A DNA stretch of 64,000 bases from Bacillota bacterium (GCA_023398815.1 JAEWRW010000010.1:2316-66315), one strand, 5' to 3'. Positions 1 to 9,735 are shown, counted from the stretch's first letter. A program made the numbers and translations. The notes: a model not told the origin generated them from the sequence alone.

Positions 1-600
1 CTGTCGTGTGCTTCGCGCACTGCTCGGCCCTGCATCCTGGCTGCTCGCCCAAGCATCCCAGGACGCCCGCGAGGCGGAGGGAAGGTACGCGAAGCGTGCG
101 ACCAGGCAACCCGAAGGGTTGCGACCAGCCAGCGGCTATGAGAGTGCAACAGACGCTCTGTTCAAGCCATAGCGGGGATTCCCAAGGGGTGCGCCCCTTG
201 GGTCGTTATCCCCCGTTCCCAACGGGCGCGTTGCGAGTTTCTCCCTGGTGATCGGCGGCAGAAAACCCGGCGACAACGGGCGGGATGTTTGAGTATGTGC
301 GTTGCGGAGCAAGGCACATGCGAGTTACCGCCGTTGCTTCTCGGCCTCGTGCCGGTCGCCAGGTCTAAGAAACTCGTCCGCGCCCCAGGCGTTTTTGGGT
401 ACTTTTGGCGCCATCCAAAAGTACCGCCTGCGGGCCTTACGCCGCATCCAGGGATGCATGGGCGAGCAGCCAGGATGGAGGCCGAACACTGTGCACAGCG
501 CACGACTGGCACATGAAGTGTGCGACCAGCCTAGGCGCTAAGGCGTTGCCTAGCAATGCGATGGGCCGGTTCTTCTCTCCTTACTCGTTCAAGTAGTATC
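1..600 (+). repeat. Mosaic intergenic repeat, partial copy at window edge (X arm 1-58, R3 core 224-448, inverted X arm 457-512)
   Basis: Long near-identical blocks are shared with 18125-18435, 24384-24690, 33714-33985, 52172-52508(-) and 40275-40345. The only ORFs here are low-complexity Arg/Pro/Ala frames. Confidence 0.85.
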
Positions 601-801
601 TGGACACTTTGGGTGGACAACACCCCATTGACCACTTTTCTGTGTTCCATTTTCTCATTTTGGCCAGGATTCACAACCCATTCACGTTTTTTTTAGAAAC
701 TCTTAATCCCCTAAAAGGTTGACCCGCTTTGTGAAAATCCCTATACTTCTAATATATTCAGAGCGAAAAAGTGCCGAAAGAAAGGGGAATCGAGCGAGTA
801 C

Positions 802-1233
802 ATGAACAAGGATCAAGATTTACTCCGGCTCATCAGCCGTTTGAAAGGGTTGCAGAAGTCCGTCACACCGGTGGAGGGTCTCACCGGCAGCGAGTCCTCG
901 GTGGTGGAGATTTTGCTGGGCCGGGAGGAGGAAGCCCTGCCGGGTGCCAAGATCAATGAGTTGGCCAACGAGCTCAACGTGACCTCTCCGGGCGTCACCC
1001 AGCTGGTGACGGGGTTGGAGCGCAAGGGGTTTGTGCAACGCACCATGGACCAGGCCGACCGCCGCTCGGTCAATGTGCTGCTGACCGACGAGGGACGTGC
1101 CATCGCCCAGCGGGCCAAGGAGCGCCGCCAGGCCATGCTGCAGACCATGGAAAGCCGCATGGGGCGGGAGAAGGTCAATCGTCTCTTCACCCTGCTCAAC
1201 GAGGCGGTGGAAATGGCCAGCGCGGCCAGATAA
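802..1233 (+). CDS. MarR family transcriptional regulator
   Basis: 143 aa. Winged-helix core INELANELNVTSPGVTQLVTGLERKGFVQRTMDQADRRSVNVLLTDEGR is typical of MarR. Confidence 0.85.
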   Translation: MNKDQDLLRLISRLKGLQKSVTPVEGLTGSESSVVEILLGREEEALPGAKINELANELNVTSPGVTQLVTGLERKGFVQRTMDQADRRSVNVLLTDEGRAIAQRAKERRQAMLQTMESRMGREKVNRLFTLLNEAVEMASAAR

Positions 1234-1302
1234 CTGGGCTGTGCCGCTGTGCTGGGTCTGATGGGCCCATGCCCCGCTGTCTGGCCAGCAATGGTAGCCT
1301 TT

Positions 1303-1569
1303 CGCGGCTGCCGCTGTGGCGACAGCCGCGATTCAAACAGCTTGTTCTCATTATGATCAGATCGGTCGCCGCACATGTCGCCGACCGATCACTAATTGCA
1401 GCCCTCATGCGGGTTTCTAAGGATACGTTGCGCCTGGGGGCGTTTTTTTCTGCTCGTGCTGACCCTGCTTTTCCTCCCACCGAATGAATCGGCGGGAGGT
1501 TCATCTCACTTTGCCCGTTCTGGGTTTGTAGACACTTTGAACGCCCTCCCTCGGGGGCGTTTTTTCTTT
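1303..1569 (+). repeat. R2 repeat copy 1 (about 270 nt, hairpin-rich, ends in an intrinsic terminator)
   Basis: About 80% identical by eye to 59866-60138. Contains hairpin GATCGGTCG-CCGCACATGTCGC-CGACCGATC (1360-1390) and hairpin CCTCCCACCG-AATGAAT-CGGCGGGAGG. Confidence 0.8.
1540..1569 (+). terminator. Rho-independent terminator at the 3' end of R2 copy 1
   Basis: Stem ACGCCC..GGGGCGT followed by TTTTTTCTTT. Confidence 0.6.
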
Positions 1570-1724
1570 GCCCAGTGGAAGGATCGCCTTGAACCAAAGC
1601 GTCCCCTTGCCGGCGGTCCAGCCCCGTGGCACAATAAAAGCGTTATGCCGCCGGGTTCGCGCCCGGCTGGGGCAGGTTGTGGCGGCCCGTTCGCCCGCTG
1701 CCCCGCAAAAAAGGAGGAACCCCC

Positions 1725-2782
1725 ATGGACGACGCCATCCGCCAGCAACTGCTGGAGAAGAACCAGAAGCTCATTGACATGGTCATCGAGCGGGCGAAGC
1801 GAGATTTCCCTGACGACATCGCGCTCATCGGGACTTCCACGAGAAGAGCGACCTCGATCTCATCATCGTCAACAACACGCCCCGGGGGTGGGACATCAGC
1901 CGCTGCTTTGTGCTGGGCGATGTGGGGTACGACATCTACTGCACCCCGTGGGAGACGCGCATTGAGGCCGAGGCCGCGCTGGAGAGACCCATGGTCTCTC
2001 ACCTGCTGGATTTGCAGATCCTTTACTGGGCCAAGGACGAGGATCTGGAGCGCTTCCGCGCCTACCAGCGCCGGGCACAGGCGGAGCTTGACCGGCCCAT
2101 TGGCCCGGCCTGCATCGCGCGGGCGGGGCGGTCCCTTGCTGAGGGCAAGCAGGCCCTAGCCGACGCGCTGCTCACCGACGAGGTGGGCCCGGTACGCTAC
2201 GCCGCCGCCGGGGTGCTGCACCATGTGGTCAACGCCATCGTGTCGCTCAACAACACCTACATCCGGCGCGGCGTCAAGCGCTATCTGGAGGAACTGCGCG
2301 CCTACCACTACCTGCCCGAGGGGTTGGAGCAACGGTATTGGGCCGTCATCCAGGCCCGCACGGTGGGGGAGCTGCGCGATGCGGCACAGGCCCTGCTGGC
2401 GGCCACGCTGGCCCTGCGCGACGCCATGGCGCGGGAGTTTGTGCCCCGGCCCACGCCCACCCACGACAACCTCCGTGGTACCTATGAGGAGCTGTGGTGC
2501 AACTGCCGCAACAAGGTGTTGGCGGCCACGGCCGCCGGCGACGCCCACTATGCCTTCCACGCGGCACTGGGGGCCCAGGGGTTCCTGGATGAGATGACCG
2601 ACAACCTTGGCACCCCGCGCTTCGACCTCATGGCGTCCTTCGACGCCGGGAACCTCGCGCCCCTGCGCGAGGCCTTCCTGCGGGCGATGGAGGACTATCG
2701 CGCCGAGTACGACCGGGTGGGCCGCACCGTGGAGCGGTACGACACGTTTGAGGAGCTGTACGCGGCGTACATGGGGCAGTAA
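1725..2782 (+). pseudogene. Nucleotidyltransferase-domain protein, frameshifted near 1831-1835
   Basis: RBS AAGGAGGA (1711-1718) precedes ATG 1725, giving MDDAIRQQLLEKNQKLIDMVIERAKRDFPDDIALIG in frame 0. The NTase motif FHEKSDLDLIIVNN and the rest of the protein (ORF 1910-2782) continue in frame 2. One missing nucleotide would join them. Confidence 0.65.
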
Positions 2783-2945
2783 AGGCGGGTTATCCACAGG
2801 CTGTGGGAAACAATTGTCCGCAGAGCCGGAAAGTCACAAGGACGAGCTGGCACGACTGGGGAACCGAACACGAAATGGGAAACGCCTCCTTTCCAAGTGG
2901 GTTGGAGAGGAGGCGCTTGTGTATGGAGGCCCCCGGTTGTCAACG

Positions 2946-3827
2946 TCAGGGGCAGTTCTCACTGAAGTATTGGAGGGCTTTCCCGATGTACTCTGACGCG
3001 CCTTGTCCGTACTTTTTGTCGTGGATGGCAGCGTATTCGGGCCTTGTCAGATACAGGTCGGCCAGGAAGCCCCAGTAGTTTTCGCCCCGCTCCATCTGCA
3101 GCGTTTCATACTGCTCGCTCACCATGGCATCCATTTCCTGCACGATCGCCTGCACTTCCGGTGCGGTGGGGTCTCTGCCCAAATCCGAGGTCAGCCGTTC
3201 CATGAGCTCATTCGATTGCGCCAGGGAGACTTCGGCGTTGTCTTTGATGGTTTGGAAGCCTTCCATAATGGCCGGCAGGTGATCCAGATTGTTTCGGATG
3301 GCGTTGGTGTACTTCTCGATGCTGCCGAATTCCTTGATTGCCAGCTTTGCCACCCGGATTTCATTGGCCTTGGTGTGTTCGATCACCTTGTCGAATGTAT
3401 CAGTTCCCCCGAAATACTGGATCATTTCACCCTCATGTTCCCGCCGGAAGGTTTCCAACACGCAGAGGTACTCACTCATATCAAATTCTTTGAAGCTCAT
3501 CGTGCCGCCGCCCTGCAACTTTTTCTCAAGGAGAGTGAGCAGCTCATTCAACCGGTCGCGTTTGAGCGAAAGCAGCTCCTTTTGTTTGTGAAGGGCCTGC
3601 ACCTTGTCATACTGCGGGCTTGCCAGGATCTCTTTGATGGTTTTCAGCGGGACGTCCAGCTCTTTAAAAAAGAGGATTTGCTGCAAGGTTTCCAGGGCTT
3701 CGTCGTTGTACAGCCGATACCCTGCATCCGTTGTTTCGCTTGGTTTGAGCAACTCAATTTTGTCGTAATGGTGCAGCATCCGCACGCTGATGCCCGTCAA
3801 ATCCGAAACCTGTTTGATGGTTCTCAT
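2946..3827 (-). CDS. MerR family transcriptional regulator with TipAS-like C-terminal domain
   Basis: 293 aa. N-terminus MRTIKQVSDLTGISVRMLHHYDKIELLKP..GYRLY is the MerR HTH. The long helical C-terminus is typical of TipA-type regulators. RBS CAGGAGG. Confidence 0.85.
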   Translation of the reverse strand: MRTIKQVSDLTGISVRMLHHYDKIELLKPSETTDAGYRLYNDEALETLQQILFFKELDVPLKTIKEILASPQYDKVQALHKQKELLSLKRDRLNELLTLLEKKLQGGGTMSFKEFDMSEYLCVLETFRREHEGEMIQYFGGTDTFDKVIEHTKANEIRVAKLAIKEFGSIEKYTNAIRNNLDHLPAIMEGFQTIKDNAEVSLAQSNELMERLTSDLGRDPTAPEVQAIVQEMDAMVSEQYETLQMERGENYWGFLADLYLTRPEYAAIHDKKYGQGASEYIGKALQYFSENCP

Positions 3828-4112
3828 TTTCCAACCTCCTGTGGTTGGTTGTATCGTACACTATGACACAATGTCAGGGTCAATGGATTTTGTTTTTGCG
3901 GGAAGGTACCCCCGCTACCCATGGGGCCGAAAGGCAGGGTAGGCCCGGGCTCTGCGACACATCACAAAAACGGGCGGACAGCTTCGGCTGTCCGCCCGAT
4001 CGCAGGGGCTGCAATATGGTCCTGTTTTGCCCAATGGTACCCGCCGGACGTGGACGGTGGTTTTGCGTTCAAGGTAGAGTCGCCCATCACGTTACGATGG
4101 CGTGCCGGCCTG

Positions 4113-5132
4113 CTACCGCGCGTTGGGTTTGGTGAACCACGTGCGCATCACATCGGCGGCGGGCTTGCCGCGCAGGGTGAAGCCGCCATCGCCGGCGGGG
4201 TCGGCGCGGTAGTGGGGTCGATCCTGCTGCTCATCCCACTTCCACCAGTAGAAACCCTGCCACCACGGCTCGTTCCAGAAGGTGCGCAGCACCGCCTCCA
4301 GGAAGTTGGCCTGCTCGGTTCCGTCGTAGGGGGCCTGGGTGCGATACTCCCAGGGCAGGCGCGCGCCGCCCACGACGGAGCGGCAGCCGCACTCGCCAAA
4401 GGCCAGGGGACGGCCGAGTTTCGCGGCCTTCTGGCGCAGGGTGTCGCGCACCGGGGCCAGGGCGGCGGCCATCGCATCGGCGGTGGCACCCACTGGCACA
4501 TCCAGCGTGGGGTAGAAGCTGAAACTCACCATGTCCAGCGTGTCAAACCAGGGGGTGTCGCACTCGTCGTAGTGGTTGGCGTCGTAGGTGACGGCCCCGG
4601 CGTACACCGCGCGCACCGCGGCGATGGTCTGCCGCCAGTGGGCCTCCTGGCCGATGGTGCCGGTCATCTCGCACCCCAGGCAGAACATCTCGCACCCGGT
4701 GCGCTGGGCCGTGCGGGCGTAGTGGGTCAGGGCGGCGGTGAAACTCTCAAACCAGCGGGGCCAATAGTCGCTCACCCGGCCCTGTATTTGCTGGTCGCCA
4801 TCGGGGAAGGCGACGCGCCCCCGCCAGGAGCTGTCGTGGCACTCCACCATGGGCTTGAGCATGACGCGGATGCCGCAGGCGTGGAAGCGGGCGATGATGG
4901 CCTCGACCTCGGTGTCGGACGGGGTAAAGGCGAAATCCTGATACAAGCGGGTGCTGGCGAAGGTCTCCTGCATGATGGTGACCTGCAGCGCCACCCAGCG
5001 GATGCCGATGGCGGCCATCTCCTCGGGTTGGCGCAGGGCCTCGTCGGTGGCGAAGGCACCCCGGCGCGCCAGGTACCCAAAGCTCATGCCGCGGTGCAGC
5101 TCCCGCAGGGCGGGCAGCGGTTGGTTGGCCAT
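4113..5132 (-). CDS. Putative glycoside hydrolase (TIM-barrel, clan GH-A-like)
   Basis: 339 aa with good RBS (TAGGAGGA). Alternating beta/alpha pattern with Glu-containing motifs FCLGCEM and AFGECG. Family assignment is not certain from sequence alone. Confidence 0.45.
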   Translation of the reverse strand: MANQPLPALRELHRGMSFGYLARRGAFATDEALRQPEEMAAIGIRWVALQVTIMQETFASTRLYQDFAFTPSDTEVEAIIARFHACGIRVMLKPMVECHDSSWRGRVAFPDGDQQIQGRVSDYWPRWFESFTAALTHYARTAQRTGCEMFCLGCEMTGTIGQEAHWRQTIAAVRAVYAGAVTYDANHYDECDTPWFDTLDMVSFSFYPTLDVPVGATADAMAAALAPVRDTLRQKAAKLGRPLAFGECGCRSVVGGARLPWEYRTQAPYDGTEQANFLEAVLRTFWNEPWWQGFYWWKWDEQQDRPHYRADPAGDGGFTLRGKPAADVMRTWFTKPNAR

Positions 5133-5560
5133 GTGTGGTCCTCCTAGCTGTGGTTGGCATTGAGTTCGCCGCAGGGCGGGGTGTTTCCTGCCAATGGCGC
5201 ACCGCTAGCCCAGCAAGCACACCGTGCTCGCAGCGAGGGAAGACTTCTTGTTACGAGTGGATTTTAGCCCCTGTCTCGCATGTCGCTGAGAGGTCATTCT
5301 ACTACTTTGCCAGTGCGAGCAATCACGAGAACGCGCTGCGGCGGGAGGGGGGTGCGCGTTACGGCGAGAAGCATTGTGATGGGGTGCTGGCGGGAACTCA
5401 CTTGTCTTTCCACACTAAGGAGGGCTTGCTAAGGGGATGCTTCATTGGCGTCTCACCCTCGTTCTCCTCAGGCGCGTTGAGAGGTCTTGCGATGGCAATC
5501 GACGTGACATAGCCAACTCGCAGTTTCGCCTTGTGCGCCGCTCCGGCTATATGCGTGTTG

Positions 5561-5584
5561 AAAAAGGCGGCACACAGTGCCGCC
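5561..5584 (-). terminator. Rho-independent terminator downstream of the LicD fusion gene
   Basis: On the minus strand, GGCGGCA-CTGTG-TGCCGCC is followed by TTTTT. Confidence 0.6.
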
Positions 5585-5760
5585 TCACAAAACCATGCAG
5601 TCAAGGGGTAGGGGAGTGGAGGGTTCCGGTATCCTTGGGTTTGACATCATCCACGGTGCTGGGGCGCTCAGATTGGACGTGCATCCAGGGTGGGCAGCCT
5701 TCGTGTCCTTACGCCGCATCCGGCGGCTAGGGCGTTGCTTTGCAACGCCCTCACGGACAC

Positions 5761-8367
5761 TCAGGTTGGACGCGCATCCGGCGCGTCCGATACCAAAAAC
5801 GTGTGTTTGCGGTTGTTGCGGATGGATGGGCCGGGCAGCTTCATAAACCGTGCGCCGTAGATGATGCGCAGCATGGTCTCCGCCTCCTGCGGGATGGGCA
5901 GCAGGTGCCCCTCAAAGGATATAAGCCGTGGCGTGCCAAAGAACGCCACTGGGAAGGTCTCGCGCTCGGCGGGGTAGTAGCTGCACAGATTGGCCACATA
6001 CCGGTGCTCCTGGTCGTTGAAGGTGCGCAGCCGCCGTTCAATGAGCCGGTGTACCGCCTTGGTGGGGAAGAGGGGCGAGAGCACGCGCATGAGGTAGCGG
6101 CGGGGGCTCCGGCCCATGGCGAGCGAGTAACCCGTTTTGATGAACAACGTGCGCCGCAGGCGCTGCACCGCACGGGCCTGGCGCAGCTGCTCCACACTGG
6201 CTTGGCGGGGCACATAGTCCAGCGGGAAGAGGTCGATGTATGGCCCGCTGTAGGGCGAGAGCTTGGCTACCTTCTCCTGCCGGAAACGGGTGGGTCGGGT
6301 CATCTGCAGCTTTGCGCCCAGCACCCAGTGGTTGGGGTTGGTCTCAAAGCAATCCAGATTGACGCCGGGGATGGGGTGCTGCTGCACCGTCTGTACAAAA
6401 CGGTCGTACTCAGCCCGGGTCATCACGATGTCAATGTCGTCATCCCACGGGATGAAGCCGTGGTGGCGCACCGCCCCCAGCAGCGTCCCCTCCGCCAGGT
6501 AGTAGGTGAAGCCATGCTCCCGGCAGTAGGCGTCCACCGCCAGCAGAATCTCCAGCTCCAGCCGCTGCAGCTCACGCATGTCGTCGTTCAGGCCCCGCCG
6601 CAGCCGCTGTGGTTCGGTGGGATCGGGCGGGGGCGTTTCGGTGGGCAGGGCAGGGGGGCAGAAAATGGCTTCCAGCAGGGTGGCAAGCTCACCGGGCGGC
6701 AGGGGCACGGGGCCATCGGGCAAGGGCATGGCAGCCAGCGGGGCAGCCAGGGCAGCCGCTTCCTCGGGGGTGCGGGGCTGGGGCTTCAGGCCAAAGAGCT
6801 CCACCACGAACGCGAACTCCGCCGCCGCTTTTTCACTCGTCAGGGTTTGGAAGATGGCCTTCAGGTGGTCGAGCCTGCGGGTCAGCCGGTCATTGACCGG
6901 GGCCAACGGGACGGCGCGGGTGGCGGCATAGTAAAGCCAGAAGCCCGGCAGGCAGAGGGCCGCACCGTGGCCCTGGGTCAGCCCCAACGTCAGCGCCAGG
7001 TGCCCGCCCAGCGCCCAGGCCGGGCCGGGCCCGGTGAGGTTGGCGGCCTGGCCAGCGCGGTGGGAAGCCTCCAGCAGCCGAAGGGTGGCGTCTTCGTCGT
7101 CGGCCAGGGTCTCCAGCAGGCCATCCAGCAGCTGAGCCAGTGCAGCACGGGCATGCTGGTTGCTTTCCCCGTTGGCGGTGGGCAGCCACTGGCACTCCAC
7201 ACTGCGGGCCAGCGCCGCCACCAGCCCGGCTTTGCGCCGCTCGGGCCGCTGGCTGGGGGGCAGCACCGGGTCGAGGATCACGGCGTCGGGCAGCAGGCTG
7301 TGGTGGCAGAGCGTTGTGAGCCCGTCACCTAGGCGCAGGGTGGCGAAGTACGTGGCCGCTGCCCCGCCGCCCACCAGCGTGGGCAGCACCACATGGCGCG
7401 GGGGTCGGCCCGCCGGCACCGTGCCGGCCTCGTCGCCGCCGGCCAGCAGCCAGGCTACCCCCTTGGCCGTGTCTATGGCGGTGTCGCCGCCCACGGTCAG
7501 CAGGCCGTCGCAGCCTTCCCGGCGGTAGAGCGCCGCACCGTCGGTGGCCACATGCCACTGGGGCAGGCCGTCGGGGCAGACCAGCGGGGGCAGCTCGCCG
7601 CAGATAGCGTTGAGATAATCATAGGGCAGGGTGGCGGGGAAGTCACTCTCACACACCAGCAGAGGGCGGCGCACACCGGCGCGCGCCAGCAGCCCATGCA
7701 GGCGGAGGAACGCATCCCGCCCGGCAAAGACCGGTTGCTGGCGGCTGTCCCACAGGGCCAACGCGGTACCCAGTGCTGCCGGGTCAGTGCCTTCGCCGGC
7801 CAACGCCAGCAGGTGCTCCTCCCCCTGCACGGCGGCAAGGGGCCGGGCAGGCGGCAGGGGCCAGGTGCTGTCGTCAGCCACCAGTGCCCGCGCGTCGTCG
7901 GCGGTCAGCAGCAGGGCGGGCCACAGCGCCGTCTCGTCGGTATTGCCGCTGAGCCCGGCCACCAGGCCATCGGCCACGGCAACACCGGGCAGCCCTGCCT
8001 GCGCCGGGCCAACCACCGCCGCCGGGGCGGGGGCGGCCAGCAGCGCCCGCAGCAGACCCCGGTCGCACACCAGGTGGTCTGCCAGCAGCAGCACGTCACC
8101 GTCCAGCCGATTGGCTACTGCCTGCAGCGCCGGCCGCCAACCGGAGCCCGGGGCATCTGGCAGGTCGGACACGCCTTCGTCGGCTAGCTGGCGCAGCAGG
8201 CGTTGGCGTGGCGTCTCACCGCCGGGCAGCAGGGCGCGTGCGGCGTTGTCCCCGTCCTGTGGGTAGAGCAGTACGATCAAACGGATGTCCTCCCAAATGG
8301 AAATGACCACACGCGGCCGCCGCCCGCGCGCTGCCTTTCCAGCATCGGCAGAAGGGGGCTTGTCCAT
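5761..8367 (-). CDS. Three-domain fusion: nucleotidyltransferase-like + Fe-dependent alcohol/glycerol-phosphate dehydrogenase-like + LicD phosphotransferase
   Basis: C-terminus ELEILLAVDAYCREHGFTYYLAEGTLLGAVRHHGFIPWDDDIDIVM is LicD. The middle has LLTVGGDTAIDTAKG (Fe-ADH/DHQS-like). The N-terminus IVLLYPQDGD..LLLADHLV is NTP-transferase-like. Start is set at MDKPP (8367); the ORF is open to 8535, but 8395-8440 looks like an AT-rich promoter region. Confidence 0.7.
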   Translation of the reverse strand: MDKPPSADAGKAARGRRPRVVISIWEDIRLIVLLYPQDGDNAARALLPGGETPRQRLLRQLADEGVSDLPDAPGSGWRPALQAVANRLDGDVLLLADHLVCDRGLLRALLAAPAPAAVVGPAQAGLPGVAVADGLVAGLSGNTDETALWPALLLTADDARALVADDSTWPLPPARPLAAVQGEEHLLALAGEGTDPAALGTALALWDSRQQPVFAGRDAFLRLHGLLARAGVRRPLLVCESDFPATLPYDYLNAICGELPPLVCPDGLPQWHVATDGAALYRREGCDGLLTVGGDTAIDTAKGVAWLLAGGDEAGTVPAGRPPRHVVLPTLVGGGAAATYFATLRLGDGLTTLCHHSLLPDAVILDPVLPPSQRPERRKAGLVAALARSVECQWLPTANGESNQHARAALAQLLDGLLETLADDEDATLRLLEASHRAGQAANLTGPGPAWALGGHLALTLGLTQGHGAALCLPGFWLYYAATRAVPLAPVNDRLTRRLDHLKAIFQTLTSEKAAAEFAFVVELFGLKPQPRTPEEAAALAAPLAAMPLPDGPVPLPPGELATLLEAIFCPPALPTETPPPDPTEPQRLRRGLNDDMRELQRLELEILLAVDAYCREHGFTYYLAEGTLLGAVRHHGFIPWDDDIDIVMTRAEYDRFVQTVQQHPIPGVNLDCFETNPNHWVLGAKLQMTRPTRFRQEKVAKLSPYSGPYIDLFPLDYVPRQASVEQLRQARAVQRLRRTLFIKTGYSLAMGRSPRRYLMRVLSPLFPTKAVHRLIERRLRTFNDQEHRYVANLCSYYPAERETFPVAFFGTPRLISFEGHLLPIPQEAETMLRIIYGARFMKLPGPSIRNNRKHTFLVSDAPDARPT

Positions 8368-8631
8368 ACGGCGCCAAGCAGGTGGGTTTAACCAAAACTT
8401 AACTTTTGTCGAATTTGAATATATCACAGTTCCCGGTGTCGAACAACATGACAATAGAGAGGGCGGCGCTGAAAAACTGCTTTGAGGCAGGCCTTTGGCG
8501 GGCAGCTGCCGCAAAGACGCGGCCTGGGCTGACAAAACAGCCGCCGGCCCCGGCCCACCGGTTGGGCGGAGGCCGACGGCTTGGCCGCGATGATTGGTGT
8601 GGCAGGCCAGCAGGCGGTAAGGTGCCGGCCC

Positions 8632-9735
8632 TTACGGCGCGGTTGGGCCACCCTGTGCATCGGCGGCCGCTTCGTAGAGCGCGTGGTTCTGGCGCAGGCG
8701 CTCGTTGGCTGGGTCCAGATCCACCGCCTGGCGAGAGAACTCCACCGCCCGGTCGTGGAGCCCCAGGGCATGGCAGCTCAGGGCCATCAGATCCCAGGGG
8801 AGGCTGCCCCAGGCGAAGGCTTCGTTGGCGTAGGCCAGCGACTTGCGGGTAATCTCCAGCGCTTCGCCCGCCCAGCGGTTGACGGCGGGCCAGTCGCCCT
8901 CGCCGTAGGCCAGCCACGCCAGCTCCACCAGCGGCTCCCGGGTGCCGGGGGCCTCGGCGGCGGCGCGGCGGAACCAGTCGGAGGCGTCCTTGGCACGGCC
9001 CAGCTCCCGGCAGGCCCGACCGATGAAGCGCATGGAGGCAGCGCGCTCCTCCCGCCAGGTGGCGTGGGGCAGGGCAAGGTAGCGCTCCAGCACATCGATG
9101 GCCTCCTGCCAGCGGCCCAGGAACAGGTATTCCCGCCCCAGGTAGTGCAGGTTCCGGGCACCCTGGGGGTCCTCCTGCACGGCGAGCTCCAGCAGCTCCA
9201 CGTTGAAGCCGCGATACTTGGCGGTGTCCGGGTGGTGGTTGTAGACCACGCCTTCCAGGAACACCGACTGCTCGGGCGCTTCGCCGGTGAACTCCAGCAC
9301 CTCGTGGGTGGGGTAGATCCACCGGTAGCCGTGGCGGCTGTGGATGCGCTGGTGGATGTACTGCACTGCCGGCGTGCCGTCGGGGTGGAAGCTCCAGTTG
9401 TAGAGATACTGCCCCCGGTGGGTGCCGGGGGCCCAGGCGGCTTCCAGCTTGGCCCGCCAGCCCGGCTCCATCACGTCGTCCAGGTCGGGCGCCACGCAGA
9501 TGTCCACGGTGTCGGGCACGTGGCGCAGGCACTCGTTGCGGGCCTCGTCAAAGCGGAAATGCTCCATTGGGTACTCGTACACGGTGACGCCGCGGCGGCG
9601 CAGGCGCTCCACCGTGTCGTCGGTGGAGCCGGTGTCGGTCACGATGATGAGGTCGGCCTCGCTCACCGCGTCCACCCAGCGGTCCACAAACTGGCTTTCG
9701 TTCTTGGCAATGGCATAGACGCACACCTGATACAT
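8632..9735 (-). CDS. Glycosyltransferase family 2 with C-terminal TPR repeats
   Basis: 367 aa. VCVYAIAKNESQFVDRWVDAVSEADLIIVTDTGSTDDT is a GT-A fold. The C-terminal half is TPR-like (NLHYLGREYLFLGRWQEAIDVLERYL). RBS GGGAGGG. Confidence 0.8.
   Translation of the reverse strand: MYQVCVYAIAKNESQFVDRWVDAVSEADLIIVTDTGSTDDTVERLRRRGVTVYEYPMEHFRFDEARNECLRHVPDTVDICVAPDLDDVMEPGWRAKLEAAWAPGTHRGQYLYNWSFHPDGTPAVQYIHQRIHSRHGYRWIYPTHEVLEFTGEAPEQSVFLEGVVYNHHPDTAKYRGFNVELLELAVQEDPQGARNLHYLGREYLFLGRWQEAIDVLERYLALPHATWREERAASMRFIGRACRELGRAKDASDWFRRAAAEAPGTREPLVELAWLAYGEGDWPAVNRWAGEALEITRKSLAYANEAFAWGSLPWDLMALSCHALGLHDRAVEFSRQAVDLDPANERLRQNHALYEAAADAQGGPTAP

Noticed and set aside
8368-8535. N-terminal extension of the LicD fusion ORF (start at 8535).
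   Set aside because: The extension is Ser/Pro/Leu-rich low complexity and covers the AT-rich segment 8395-8440, which looks like the promoter region. MDKPP at 8367 is preferred, but the exact start remains uncertain.
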